In this document: positions 34,508-44,117 of the stretch, piece after piece
How the letters are laid out: every line of letters begins with the position of its first letter
How positions within the stretch are numbered: the first letter of the stretch is position 1
Source of the DNA: an uncultured virus (IMG/VR IMGVR_UViG_3300042319_001462)
Lineage: Duplodnaviria > Heunggongvirae > Uroviricota > Caudoviricetes
Length of the DNA stretch: 64,000 bases
Virus record (IMG/VR): IMGVR_UViG_3300042319_001462
Span: 1 to 64,000 of that record
Direction: 5' to 3' (one strand)
Translations under genes and position numbers: made by a program
Notes under the pieces: model-generated
Seen by the model: the letters and a program-made list of their open reading frames with translations, nothing else
What the model was told of the DNA's origin: nothing
Databases searched by the model: none

Positions 34508-35838
34508 TATAGTGAATTATACCACTCGGTCAGTTCCGGAAATGCATCCGCAAAGTTTTTACCCCTGCGGTTGTCGTACTGTGTGTAGAACTGTTTGAAG
34601 TCTTGCTGTAGCACTGATTGTTCAGCGGCTCCGGCATGTGGTGTTTTGACCACATCTAAATAGTCTACTAGGCGTTGTAATTGATTCCACTCAAATTCCT
34701 GGAACAAGCTTGATCCTTTATTATCAACCATGACCTGGACCAATCGCTGTTGAAGTTCTTGGCGTAAATGATCGGGTAACACTAACGGGCTTTGGAAACT
34801 AGGGAAACGTAGAATATTCAAGCTGACATTAATGGAATCATTTCCGTATTCGCGCTTCCAATTCAGCACACACTCTAAAAATGAATCCAGTGTAGTCAAG
34901 CACAGTGCATTAATGGTACACATAACGTGTAGGCCACGGAACTTGCCCGAGCTTAACAAACGTTCTACATTGTTTGCCCAGTCGTCAAATACCAGGCCAT
35001 CACGAATGTATTCTGCTTGTAAACTCATTGCTTCGTTTGAAGTGTATAGGTCTACTTCCACACCATCAATAGCAGTTAACAGGCGATCAACATCAACATC
35101 GGTGCCTAGGTTACTGTTAATGGCCAAGCGTGTGGTACTCTTGCCTTTGTTGGTTTTAAACCACTCAATTAGTCGCCATGTTTCGGCACTCATCAAGGGT
35201 TCACCACCGGTGATCCTTAGCTCTTGTAGTGTTCTGTGGAGGTCTGACTCCCACCATTGGTGGAACGCTTCCACATAAGGATTAACCTCACCGAATTTAT
35301 ACAATTGGCTGCTATCATGAGTATGAGTAAAGTGATTGCGCCCGTCTGATACAAGTCCTGTGTATGCCCCGTTTCGTTTAATGTCGTTAACCCATGTAGT
35401 GCTGAAAGCAGGATTACAGTAACTACAAGCAAACTGGCAAGTGCGATCAAAAGCAATTTCCAATGTTTTGAGATTAAAGTCTTCACGGGCTGGAGTTGCG
35501 TAAGCATGTTTCAAATCCTTTATTTCGTAAATTTTACTTTTGTACACACGGTCGCTGATGTTGTCACGACCAATGTCCTCTACCTTCCAGCAATATTCAC
35601 AGCCGCTGGGACGTTCTCCCCGTTGCATTTGCTCACGTTCCATTTTCTTTTTGGTAGTGTTGTGCAGTGCGCTGGGGTTTAACTTGATCTCTTCAACGTC
35701 AATTGCATGCGGCAGTGGGTGATGACAACTGGTAGTTTGCCCACTTCCTAGCCATATAGTGGCGTTGTACCATTTGGCAGCACAAAAACTGTTAGACAGT
35801 TTGTCCAGTACTGTGTGTTTAAAATCTAAATCAGTCAT
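34507..35838 (-). CDS. radical SAM protein with N-terminal twitch-like domain
   Basis: CAAKW...SCHHP...CEYC; CQFACSYC; GGEP; start reassigned to ATG 35838. Confidence 0.9.
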   Translation of the reverse strand: MTDLDFKHTVLDKLSNSFCAAKWYNATIWLGSGQTTSCHHPLPHAIDVEEIKLNPSALHNTTKKKMEREQMQRGERPSGCEYCWKVEDIGRDNISDRVYKSKIYEIKDLKHAYATPAREDFNLKTLEIAFDRTCQFACSYCNPAFSTTWVNDIKRNGAYTGLVSDGRNHFTHTHDSSQLYKFGEVNPYVEAFHQWWESDLHRTLQELRITGGEPLMSAETWRLIEWFKTNKGKSTTRLAINSNLGTDVDVDRLLTAIDGVEVDLYTSNEAMSLQAEYIRDGLVFDDWANNVERLLSSGKFRGLHVMCTINALCLTTLDSFLECVLNWKREYGNDSINVSLNILRFPSFQSPLVLPDHLRQELQQRLVQVMVDNKGSSLFQEFEWNQLQRLVDYLDVVKTPHAGAAEQSVLQQDFKQFYTQYDNRRGKNFADAFPELTEWYNSL

Positions 35839-36973
35839 TAAATTTGTTTTCTTTAAGAAATTGACGAAAACGCTCGGGGAATTCATCACGCACAGTGTCA
35901 CGCAGTTCTAACATGTGCTGTTGATTGTATTTACATACGCTGGAGCAGGCCGCAAGGAATTCATCTAGATTCTGAGCACACAAATCTTCAACTACCTGTG
36001 TAATACGTGTGAGTCGATCCTGGCTGTTGTCAATCAAATCAAAACTTTCGTCAATCACATGCCCAAATGTCTTGAAGCCTAGGTTACGCATGTCGCGATA
36101 GTATCCGCGATTGGCTGCTGCTATCCAAGGATGTCCCATGGCCACAGGCTTCCATATCTTTTCAGTTCTAAATGAATACGGATATTCAAACACTGTTTCT
36201 GATACTAGACTAAAGTAGGTGTCGATATAGGGATCGGCCTTGAGATATATTTCTCCCCATTCTTGATTAAACAACCCAAATTTGATGTAGCCGTGTCCTA
36301 GGTTGCGATCTACATTGACACTGTATCGATCAACTTCATAATGAGCCGGTAAAAGATGCGGATCTCGATGTGTGAGCATTAGATCTTGACCATTAAATGG
36401 CACAGACAAATTAATTTTGCCACCAAGCCCGCCCTCCAAGCAACTCCATAAACTCTGATCTAGCAGGCCCATGATATTGAGTTTTTCTATTAGAAACTTA
36501 CGATGCCCACGAATACGCCCATTTAGAAACAAAAACTTATAGGGCTTGTTAGTGGTTGAGTACAGCGCCTGTGCTTGTGTAATAGCAGCGATGTTTTCTT
36601 CATAGTCGTGTATCTTGGGCAAGAAACTATCATACAGTAAACAGGGCCAGGTTTCATCCATGTCCCCACCACCAACCAATAACACACGTCCGGATTGTAT
36701 TAGATCCGCGCAGTTGTGCACATGCTCGCAGTGTGCTTTTAATGTCTCGCTGCCTTCGGCTGGATTGCTCAACACAACACTGATTGTGTTGGAGGTCACT
36801 AACTCTCTGATTCGATCTTTATTTAAATTATATTGTGCGCGGCCAATTACATAAATGGCGCCTGGTACTATGTTGTGCTTGTTGAAATTGTAGAAATGAT
36901 CATCCAGCCAGGGCTTTAATTGATCATAAACTTCGCACATTGTATCAAGTATAAGTTTACGATTATCTAGCAT
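35831..36973 (-). CDS. putative glycosyltransferase-like protein, TEK-KP family
   Basis: VSET...RTEKIWKPV..GHPW...GFKTF...DESFD. Confidence 0.6.
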   Translation of the reverse strand: MLDNRKLILDTMCEVYDQLKPWLDDHFYNFNKHNIVPGAIYVIGRAQYNLNKDRIRELVTSNTISVVLSNPAEGSETLKAHCEHVHNCADLIQSGRVLLVGGGDMDETWPCLLYDSFLPKIHDYEENIAAITQAQALYSTTNKPYKFLFLNGRIRGHRKFLIEKLNIMGLLDQSLWSCLEGGLGGKINLSVPFNGQDLMLTHRDPHLLPAHYEVDRYSVNVDRNLGHGYIKFGLFNQEWGEIYLKADPYIDTYFSLVSETVFEYPYSFRTEKIWKPVAMGHPWIAAANRGYYRDMRNLGFKTFGHVIDESFDLIDNSQDRLTRITQVVEDLCAQNLDEFLAACSSVCKYNQQHMLELRDTVRDEFPERFRQFLKENKFND

Positions 36974-38879
36974 TGTATTCACATTCTGCCCACCAGGCTC
37001 GCATTTCGGGAAAGGTCTTTAAAAAATCTGTGTTGCGGCGGCGATCGTGTTCAGTAAAAAAACGATAAAAATCTGCTCGTGCCACATTGTGATCAGCAGT
37101 TTGGCCACTGCGCATCCAGGCAATGTCTCTGTCCAAACGTGCCACTTCGTAGTCCTTGAATCCATGATAAGGGTTGTCGGGTGTGGTCAAGTGTGTGCTC
37201 ATCCAATCTCTAATGTCCTCTAATTTTTGTGCATAAGATTCAGGCAAAATTTGCAAGCTTTGCCATGCAGGGTCGCGCAGTACAGGCGTATCAAACCACA
37301 CACGCTGATATGTGGTGCTGTGCTTGCGGCGTAGTTCTAGTATGCCTTCAAGCAGTTGTGGCAGACTACTCACAGAGAGATTGTTCATTGTGATAATAAA
37401 CGTCAGGCTGTTGTAACTGGGCACTTGAGTCAGGTATTGATCTACTCTACTCCAAACTAGATCAAAATCCATGCCATGACGCATGTACTCTGCTTGTGAG
37501 CCCCATCCGTCCAAGGAGACATATTGCATAAAGTGTTCTATGCGCCCGTCACAAATGTTTTGTACTGCTGTTAGATATTTGTCAAATAGCACTTGGTCTA
37601 CTGAAAAGTTACTTGTGACATTCAAGTGTAGTTGCTTTGACGGGTTTTGAATCACATAGTCAAACACTCTATAAGTGTTTTTGTCCATGAGCGGTTCGCC
37701 GCCGGTCATGCGAAAGTGCACCAGTTCAGGGTACAGAGTAGGCCACCACTGCCAAAACGCTTCAACGTAGGGATTGTTTTCTCTCACAGGAATTGGAGTT
37801 CGAGTTCCAACAAAGTGAGACGGTGAGTTATGCTCGGTACTGGTGGGGTAACCTCCCTGTCTAGCAATCTCATCAGCCCAACTAGAACTAAACTGAGGAG
37901 AGCAGTAACTACAGCGTAGATTGCAAGCATGATTGAAATTGACTTCTACATAACTAGGCACAATATCATCGTCCCAGTTTGCGCTTACAATTTTTCCAAA
38001 ATCTTTTTCAGCCCAAGATTCTCCGCTGCGGTAATGCCGATCACTCAGCTTGCCGTTATCCTCCATGGTCCAGCAATAACTGCATTCTGCAGGGCGCACA
38101 CCATCAAGCATTAATTTACGCTGTTGTTTTTTGTGTTCAGTATTGTGCAATCCGCTTGGGCCTCGCTTGATGTCTTCGAGACGAATTTCATGCAATGGTG
38201 GATGGTAACAACTGTTATTGAGGCCTGTGGCCAGGTGCAGACTAACCTGTTTCCACTTGGCTAGACACATGCTGGGACTTACTGTGTCCAGTCGTTGTTT
38301 CATGGTTTCGGCATCGTCAAGAAACTTGCTTTTGAATCCATCCACAATTTTATCCCCAGACACCTGAGTCAGATCATGCGGTTGATATTCTGCAATGGCC
38401 TGTTGATATTCCACACTGTTGATTGTTGCCAATTCCATTCGCATCATTTGAGCAAAGTCAGACTGATCCAGGGAGATGTTGACAATGATGTCAGCGCCGG
38501 TTGTGTCCAGTGGATATTCAGTGTAATATTTTTTATGGTACGATACATGTGCCTTGGCATGCTCTAATTTGCCGGGCATGTCTTTGTCACGATACTGATC
38601 CTCTAGATACCACTCTCGTTGTAGACTGCTACCCAAATCAGACTTGATGATTGTGATTTTCTGTCCCGGAAACAACCGACTCAACAACGGAGCATTTACA
38701 CAGTGTGTGAGTATCAGGTCCTGATCTGGCAAGACTGAGTCTGCTGTTAGGTAACGGTATTCAAAACGTTGATTTTTAAGCAAATGATCATAGGTGGTGT
38801 GACTGGTGAATTCCGTTGTTCCTGTTAGATATTGGTAGTATCTGTTTCCACCTGCGCCGGGGTAAAATGCTATGATCAT
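36963..38879 (-). CDS. fusion protein: uncharacterised N-terminal domain plus twitch radical SAM
   Basis: N-terminal FYPGAGGN; from about residue 205 CLAKW...SCYHP...CSYC; CNLRCSYC; GGEP. Confidence 0.85.
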   Translation of the reverse strand: MIIAFYPGAGGNRYYQYLTGTTEFTSHTTYDHLLKNQRFEYRYLTADSVLPDQDLILTHCVNAPLLSRLFPGQKITIIKSDLGSSLQREWYLEDQYRDKDMPGKLEHAKAHVSYHKKYYTEYPLDTTGADIIVNISLDQSDFAQMMRMELATINSVEYQQAIAEYQPHDLTQVSGDKIVDGFKSKFLDDAETMKQRLDTVSPSMCLAKWKQVSLHLATGLNNSCYHPPLHEIRLEDIKRGPSGLHNTEHKKQQRKLMLDGVRPAECSYCWTMEDNGKLSDRHYRSGESWAEKDFGKIVSANWDDDIVPSYVEVNFNHACNLRCSYCSPQFSSSWADEIARQGGYPTSTEHNSPSHFVGTRTPIPVRENNPYVEAFWQWWPTLYPELVHFRMTGGEPLMDKNTYRVFDYVIQNPSKQLHLNVTSNFSVDQVLFDKYLTAVQNICDGRIEHFMQYVSLDGWGSQAEYMRHGMDFDLVWSRVDQYLTQVPSYNSLTFIITMNNLSVSSLPQLLEGILELRRKHSTTYQRVWFDTPVLRDPAWQSLQILPESYAQKLEDIRDWMSTHLTTPDNPYHGFKDYEVARLDRDIAWMRSGQTADHNVARADFYRFFTEHDRRRNTDFLKTFPEMRAWWAECEYNAR

Positions 38880-39427
38880 AATTGTGTTGCTGTTATGTAA
38901 AAAATGTCAATGTCCAATAATCTGTCTGTTATGGTCAATCCGCTTGATGCCAGATGTAAATTTAATTCATCAATCACTTGATTGTACGAAAATTTTAATC
39001 TATGAAACAACAACGTGGTAATTGGAATTGTCACTATAACACGCCCATTTTGTTTTAATACAGGAACAAGTTTGCCAATAACTCTGGCACAATCAGCCAC
39101 AGTCCGGTATCTAAATTCAGTTAGGCCTGCTAAAATTATGTTGTTGTACTGAATTGAGTCTGGTACATGGTTGTACGAATCAACAAAACTGACATTGTGC
39201 ACATGTAATTTATTCCATATCACTTGTGAGTCTGTTAATTCAATTATTTTGTCAATCTGTATATCTTTGGGCAGTGTGTACGGGAAACTATCAATTGACA
39301 TGGTGCTGCCGTTGACCATGTTGTTTTTAATAAATGCCACTGGGACAGGCGATATTTTTCTAAATCTCAATAAAGGATGTAGTGCTTTGTACACTCTCCA
39401 GGCAAATAATTTTTGTTTTACATGCAT
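38876..39427 (-). CDS. hypothetical protein (possible degenerate methyltransferase fold)
   Basis: Coupled ORF; LKQNGRVIV resembles the LKPGG motif; AT-rich. Confidence 0.6.
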   Translation of the reverse strand: MHVKQKLFAWRVYKALHPLLRFRKISPVPVAFIKNNMVNGSTMSIDSFPYTLPKDIQIDKIIELTDSQVIWNKLHVHNVSFVDSYNHVPDSIQYNNIILAGLTEFRYRTVADCARVIGKLVPVLKQNGRVIVTIPITTLLFHRLKFSYNQVIDELNLHLASSGLTITDRLLDIDIFYITATQL

Positions 39428-39912
39428 AATTTTTTTTCATAATACATGTTTGTTGTTGGATGAACAAAATTAAAATGTGTGCCATCATCGTGTTCAATGT
39501 AAGACTGTTTGATTTTTACAAAATTCAACGGCAGTAGAGACAAACTAACTATGTCAATCAGGTCCTGGTCATAATTGTCCGTGAGATTATGCCAGTGTTG
39601 GTCAGTGGTTATTAAGTATTTGTTAATTGCTATGTAAACCCAGTCTGGGTTGGCAGCTTGTATTTTTTTATCAATTGCCAGCAATACCTCTTCTAGTTTG
39701 TTATCAAGTTGATTCACAAACACTGCCAGCAATCCAGTGTTGTGCACTGTTCCAATTTTGCAATCTGGCAACTGAGACTGAAAGTACTCAACATCATTGT
39801 CGCCGTGCAGTTCCAGGCTAGTAATGCTGTGTTGTTTTACAAAATCAACAAGATATTTGTCTTGCAAGATGTTGCAGCCAAGTCCTTGCAACTGCTGGAT
39901 CCGCCAACTCAT
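39418..39912 (-). CDS. hypothetical protein
   Basis: Coupled ORF in the operon. Confidence 0.7.
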   Translation of the reverse strand: MSWRIQQLQGLGCNILQDKYLVDFVKQHSITSLELHGDNDVEYFQSQLPDCKIGTVHNTGLLAVFVNQLDNKLEEVLLAIDKKIQAANPDWVYIAINKYLITTDQHWHNLTDNYDQDLIDIVSLSLLPLNFVKIKQSYIEHDDGTHFNFVHPTTNMYYEKKLCM

Positions 39913-39915
39913 GTG

Positions 39916-40842
39916 TTACCAACCTTCTTGTTGTCTGATAACATCTATCTCTCGTGTCATTACACCACGGTTGTGCCAGTTGCTACGATAGTGATGTTTA
40001 AAGAATTCACTTTCTTTGTGTAGCAAAGTATTCATTGGCAGGTCCAACTGAGTGTGCAACTGCTCTTGATATCTCACAATCAATTCAGCCGAATCCACTC
40101 CCTGGATAGATTTCCAAAGCTGGTCCAATGCATCAAAGCTCTGCACATCTCTATAGTCCCAGTCAGTTAGCATGGTCATGTATGTGCCCATTCTAGCACC
40201 AGCAATGGCCCACGCACCCTGGTCAACATCCAACCCAACGTTTTGCCATATGGTAAGATGATCAAGGTTGCGTTGATGCACACGGTCACGGAATTCAACT
40301 ACTGTGGGACGTCGGCCACGGTCCAGGCACATCTTGACCCCTTCCCTAAAGCCGGCACGCCAGGCGTGCTTGGGCGAGCCGTTGGGGTATGTGGTTGAAT
40401 AACAATCGTACATGCTCCAGTACAAGGGATCAAAACAGAACTCCACTTGAGTTTCGGTACGCCCATCTGTTGCTTCGTGTGTTTTCATGTCATTGACAAA
40501 CTTACGTGTCCAGCTACTGATACCACCGTTGCCATACATGAGCCCATTGATGTGGTTACGAGCACGCCAGCGATACACTGCATTTTCCCAGTCGGTGTCT
40601 TGGTATTCTATAGTCAGGTTAAAGAATTTTTCATCAGGTAAATTATCACCATCAATCAAAACAAAACGTTCAGTATCACTGGCAGCGGCAGCGGCCTTGT
40701 GTGCCGCATCACTACCTTGGACTCCATCCACACGTTTGGCCCAGGGAATCATGTTTTTGATTTTGACCCAGAACTCTTCTTTTTGTGGTTCGTCGTAACT
40801 TAAATATATGCAGTCTAGATCTGCAATATCAATCTTGTGCAT
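39916..40842 (-). CDS. glycosyltransferase-like protein (GT-A, DGD motif)
   Basis: LSYDEP...GVQGSDAAHKAAA...IDGDN...AWRAGFREGVK. Confidence 0.7.
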   Translation of the reverse strand: MHKIDIADLDCIYLSYDEPQKEEFWVKIKNMIPWAKRVDGVQGSDAAHKAAAAASDTERFVLIDGDNLPDEKFFNLTIEYQDTDWENAVYRWRARNHINGLMYGNGGISSWTRKFVNDMKTHEATDGRTETQVEFCFDPLYWSMYDCYSTTYPNGSPKHAWRAGFREGVKMCLDRGRRPTVVEFRDRVHQRNLDHLTIWQNVGLDVDQGAWAIAGARMGTYMTMLTDWDYRDVQSFDALDQLWKSIQGVDSAELIVRYQEQLHTQLDLPMNTLLHKESEFFKHHYRSNWHNRGVMTREIDVIRQQEGW

Positions 40843-41179
40843 GGTTATTCAAACTCCATTTGATGTGTGGTTCGCTAGGCTCTACCACAATGGCCACATT
40901 GGTTGGGTCACAACATGTGCCATCCTGTCCAGGACGTAATTTATTAAATTGTCGAGTCTCAATTAGCACTAGGTGGCCGTCGACCACTCGTGCGTTTGTG
41001 GGGCTGATTAAATAGGTTTCTAGATCAACTTCTATGTAGTTACCGGGCAAGTCTTCCATGGTGTAGAATAACGGCCGTCCTTGGTCATTGTAATATAACC
41101 GATAGAATACAGGTGCAGGTGCAGGTGGATTCCAGGCAGTTAGTGCAGCCCAGAAGTTATCAGTTGTTGCTTGAGTCAT
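40829..41179 (-). CDS. hypothetical protein
   Basis: Coupled ORF; YRLYY motif. Confidence 0.7.
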   Translation of the reverse strand: MTQATTDNFWAALTAWNPPAPAPVFYRLYYNDQGRPLFYTMEDLPGNYIEVDLETYLISPTNARVVDGHLVLIETRQFNKLRPGQDGTCCDPTNVAIVVEPSEPHIKWSLNNHAQD

Positions 41180-41948
41180 GTTCTAACCAATCCTTGACGT
41201 GATAATGAAACATACCAGTCTGAGCTACTGAATTGATGCGTAGTCCAGGATTAGTGTGTTCCCATACCAGTTCCTGTGTCCAGTTATTGCTGTGTATTGG
41301 CTGGATGTGTCTTTTCATGTGCACAATACTTGGACCTAGTTCTGCTGGTAATGTGACATTTTCCACTCCCACAATCACTGCCGCCATGGCATAAACCACA
41401 TCAGTTGTTGCATGGTCATCGGGAAATTTAAGCAACATTCGCCACTGTGGCCAATTTTCAAATATGTTGCGAACCACATCAAAAAACTCACGGGCAGTTT
41501 TACTCAATCGCCAGTATGTTATTGCATTGTACACATCTGGCAGATTGTTGGTGTCAAACAATTTTCTGTAAAATCTACTGGTTGCAGGCTCATTGTAAAA
41601 TGTCCTACACCCTTGACTTATCACAACATCTCTATGCTCAAACAACTGCCACCAATGATCCACGGGACTTGTGCACAACATGTCAGCTTCAAGTTTGATT
41701 GTTTGGCGATACGGGCTGGCTGAAAAACATTGCCAATCGTTGGCATACCCGTGAATGTTGCTAGTTGGTAATTCAACAACATGTGTGAACAAACTCCAGT
41801 CACAACGGTCGTTGGTCATGATTGCTATGTTTGCATCTGGATGCCATTGTCGAATACTGATTGCCAATTTTTCTGCGCAATCAGTGTAGCTAACAGTGTC
41901 AGAATTGATAGCTGGGATCAAGTACCCACGCTCAGCAAGTATTGGCAA
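41160..41948 (-). CDS. glycosyltransferase-like protein (GT-A)
   Basis: SPY.QTIKLEADM; paralogous to the adjacent gene. Confidence 0.65.
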   Translation of the reverse strand: MPILAERGYLIPAINSDTVSYTDCAEKLAISIRQWHPDANIAIMTNDRCDWSLFTHVVELPTSNIHGYANDWQCFSASPYRQTIKLEADMLCTSPVDHWWQLFEHRDVVISQGCRTFYNEPATSRFYRKLFDTNNLPDVYNAITYWRLSKTAREFFDVVRNIFENWPQWRMLLKFPDDHATTDVVYAMAAVIVGVENVTLPAELGPSIVHMKRHIQPIHSNNWTQELVWEHTNPGLRINSVAQTGMFHYHVKDWLEHDSSNN

Positions 41949-42744
41949 TTATTTCCCCTAGTTGTAATTTACCCATGGCATGGAAATCTTGTTGTTGCAA
42001 ATTGATCCAACGAGTTTTATTGTCGCCGGTGACAAAATCAACTCTGTAATGATCCTGTCCCAGCTGTGTTAGTTTGTGCTCAGGTAACAAACTTGCTAGG
42101 TTCCAGGGTATACTGCACTGTGGCTGCATGTGCCCGTTAACTGTGTTTAGCGCAATGCTCAAGGCATGGTCATTGCGGTATGTGCCGGAATTGTTTGCAT
42201 AGAGATTTCTATAATGCATCCAATTATTTCGAACCATGCTCATAGCATCAAATATCATTTTGGCTGTGTCGCTACGCCTAAACATCATTACAGTAGCCCA
42301 CCACATGGGCATGCGATAGTTACCAAAATAATTAAGCCCAGTAAAATCAGTCAACCCAGTTACGTCACTGGCCCAGCGATGTGCAAGAAAGTTATCGGGG
42401 CTTTGTAAAATTGTGCCAAGTTGATTACTTGCAACGACATAGTCTGCATCCAGTACCAGGGTCTGATCCCATGGACTTAATGCATAAGCATCCATGCGAT
42501 TGGTGTTGTGCCAGGTTACTGTGGTGTTGTAATCACTAAAATATCGTTTGTTTGCTATGCCAAGGTTAGCAGGTCCAACACAGATGGCTTTGTCAAAGCC
42601 TGACAGATCCTGCTGTTGTGTGTCGGTGATCAAACAAACTGGTATGTTTAGATGTCTACGGATGTTGTTGGCTGTCCAACGTGCCATGGACACATAGTCT
42701 ATTTGTTCGTTGTTAAATGCAAATACCAGGGCACCAGTAGTCAT
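41932..42744 (-). CDS. glycosyltransferase-like protein (GT-A, DAD motif)
   Basis: SPWDQTLVLDADY, RND, HAMGK; start at the ATGA overlap 42744. Confidence 0.7.
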   Translation of the reverse strand: MTTGALVFAFNNEQIDYVSMARWTANNIRRHLNIPVCLITDTQQQDLSGFDKAICVGPANLGIANKRYFSDYNTTVTWHNTNRMDAYALSPWDQTLVLDADYVVASNQLGTILQSPDNFLAHRWASDVTGLTDFTGLNYFGNYRMPMWWATVMMFRRSDTAKMIFDAMSMVRNNWMHYRNLYANNSGTYRNDHALSIALNTVNGHMQPQCSIPWNLASLLPEHKLTQLGQDHYRVDFVTGDNKTRWINLQQQDFHAMGKLQLGEIIANTC

Positions 42745-43046
42745 CGTTTTTTGTTGTTCTCTTCGTGCTCTATTAGCCAAGCATTCATTTGCTCTTGCCA
42801 GCGTTGTTGGCTTTGTGCGTACAGCTCTTTGGTATCAACTTGAACAGGGTTTTCGTACAGGTCCAGAATCACTGCGGTTGCATCTGGGCAGGTTAACAGT
42901 GTGGTTTGTAGCTCGGGACCAGCTCGCCACATGCCTCCGCGATAGGCAAACAACATCCTAGCTAGGTATTTTTCTTTTAGCAGTTGCTTGGCCGCTGTGT
43001 GTTCAAATCTTGCACGGCCGTGTTCAATAAGTTGCGCAGTATTCAT
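42741..43046 (-). CDS. hypothetical protein, first gene of the modification operon
   Basis: ATG 4 nt after TATAATTA. Confidence 0.75.
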   Translation of the reverse strand: MNTAQLIEHGRARFEHTAAKQLLKEKYLARMLFAYRGGMWRAGPELQTTLLTCPDATAVILDLYENPVQVDTKELYAQSQQRWQEQMNAWLIEHEENNKKR

Positions 43047-43077
43047 CTAGTAATTATACAGGATTTTTTGACAAAAT

Positions 43078-43099
43078 AAAAGGGCCTTGCGGCCCTTTT
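43078..43099 (-). terminator. intrinsic terminator (possibly bidirectional) after the tail genes
   Basis: AAAAGGGCC-TTGC-GGCCCTTTT. Confidence 0.85.
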
Positions 43100-43114
43100 G
43101 GACAATTGCATCAA

Positions 43115-44107
43115 TTAACTTACACTGGCTGCAATAGTAGGAGTTCCCCAGCTGTTGGTCAAGTTTGTGGTTGCTGGTGGAACAAAACGACATACCACAG
43201 CCGGTGCTGTACCAAACGAAGAGAATGGGCTGGCAGTGTCTGTTCCACCACTGATGTTAGATGTTTGACCTGATCCTGAATCTGACCAAGTGGTAACAAA
43301 TGTAAGCGTAGTTGATCCAGCATTTTTTGCGGCAGTGACTCTAACAAAGTCAGAAGTATAAGGGGAAACTGTTGAGGTCAACTGGAACATTGTTGTGGCA
43401 GCGGCACCGGCTGTTAGTGTGTACCAGCCAGTTGTGGTCAAGTTTGGACTAGGTGTGCCTGATCCACCAATTCGAGTAAAGCCTGTGTAGCTTTGGCCAG
43501 CAATGGTCTGCGCCGCACTGTTTACACGACCACTCATGTACAAGGTACCAACTGTACCAATAAGAGTGTTCCAGTCTGGGTCAGCGTCTGTGCCGGTTGA
43601 TGTTTTGCTCATGTCCAAGCGTACAAGTCCACCTGCATTCCAGAAGTATCTTGCTTGATCAGCACTGGGGAAAGTAACTGTGTGCGTGAACGTGATAGTC
43701 CAGGCGCTGGCACCTGAACCAGTGCCCGTTGTTTTGGCGCTACTACCGGTCCATGTTGAACTGGTTGTGCCGCTGGCGGCAGCGTTGCCACGATTGGGTG
43801 TGATGTTGGTCAAGTCTGTGTTGATTGCTGCCAAAATACTAATGGTCTGACCTGTTGTGGGTGCGGATCTTGATGTTATGGTTGTGCCAGTTTGTGCGCC
43901 CATACTAGCTATGTTGTTGACTAGGCCTGCCCACTGTGTAGCTGTTACAACGGTTGATCCGCCGGTCACAGTTGAGAGTGCAGTTTGTCCCCATCCACTA
44001 TCGCCTGATCCGGTGCTCCACACGTTGTTGACGTTGGCACCAGATGTGGTACTAGCAAATCCGTTGTAATCTGTTGCTTGGATTAATCCGCCTGATGAAT
44101 ATGTCAT
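43115..44107 (-). CDS. putative virion structural/tail fibre protein (Thr/Ser/Gly-rich)
   Basis: Composition, position and ARYFWNAGG motif. Confidence 0.7.
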   Translation of the reverse strand: MTYSSGGLIQATDYNGFASTTSGANVNNVWSTGSGDSGWGQTALSTVTGGSTVVTATQWAGLVNNIASMGAQTGTTITSRSAPTTGQTISILAAINTDLTNITPNRGNAAASGTTSSTWTGSSAKTTGTGSGASAWTITFTHTVTFPSADQARYFWNAGGLVRLDMSKTSTGTDADPDWNTLIGTVGTLYMSGRVNSAAQTIAGQSYTGFTRIGGSGTPSPNLTTTGWYTLTAGAAATTMFQLTSTVSPYTSDFVRVTAAKNAGSTTLTFVTTWSDSGSGQTSNISGGTDTASPFSSFGTAPAVVCRFVPPATTNLTNSWGTPTIAASVS

Positions 44108-44117
44108 TTGTTTTACC

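Noticed and set aside
30767..38879. RiPP cluster (radical SAM/SPASM peptide maturases)
   Set aside because: No convincing precursor peptide, RRE/PqqD domain, protease or transporter; the sugar-enzyme context fits better
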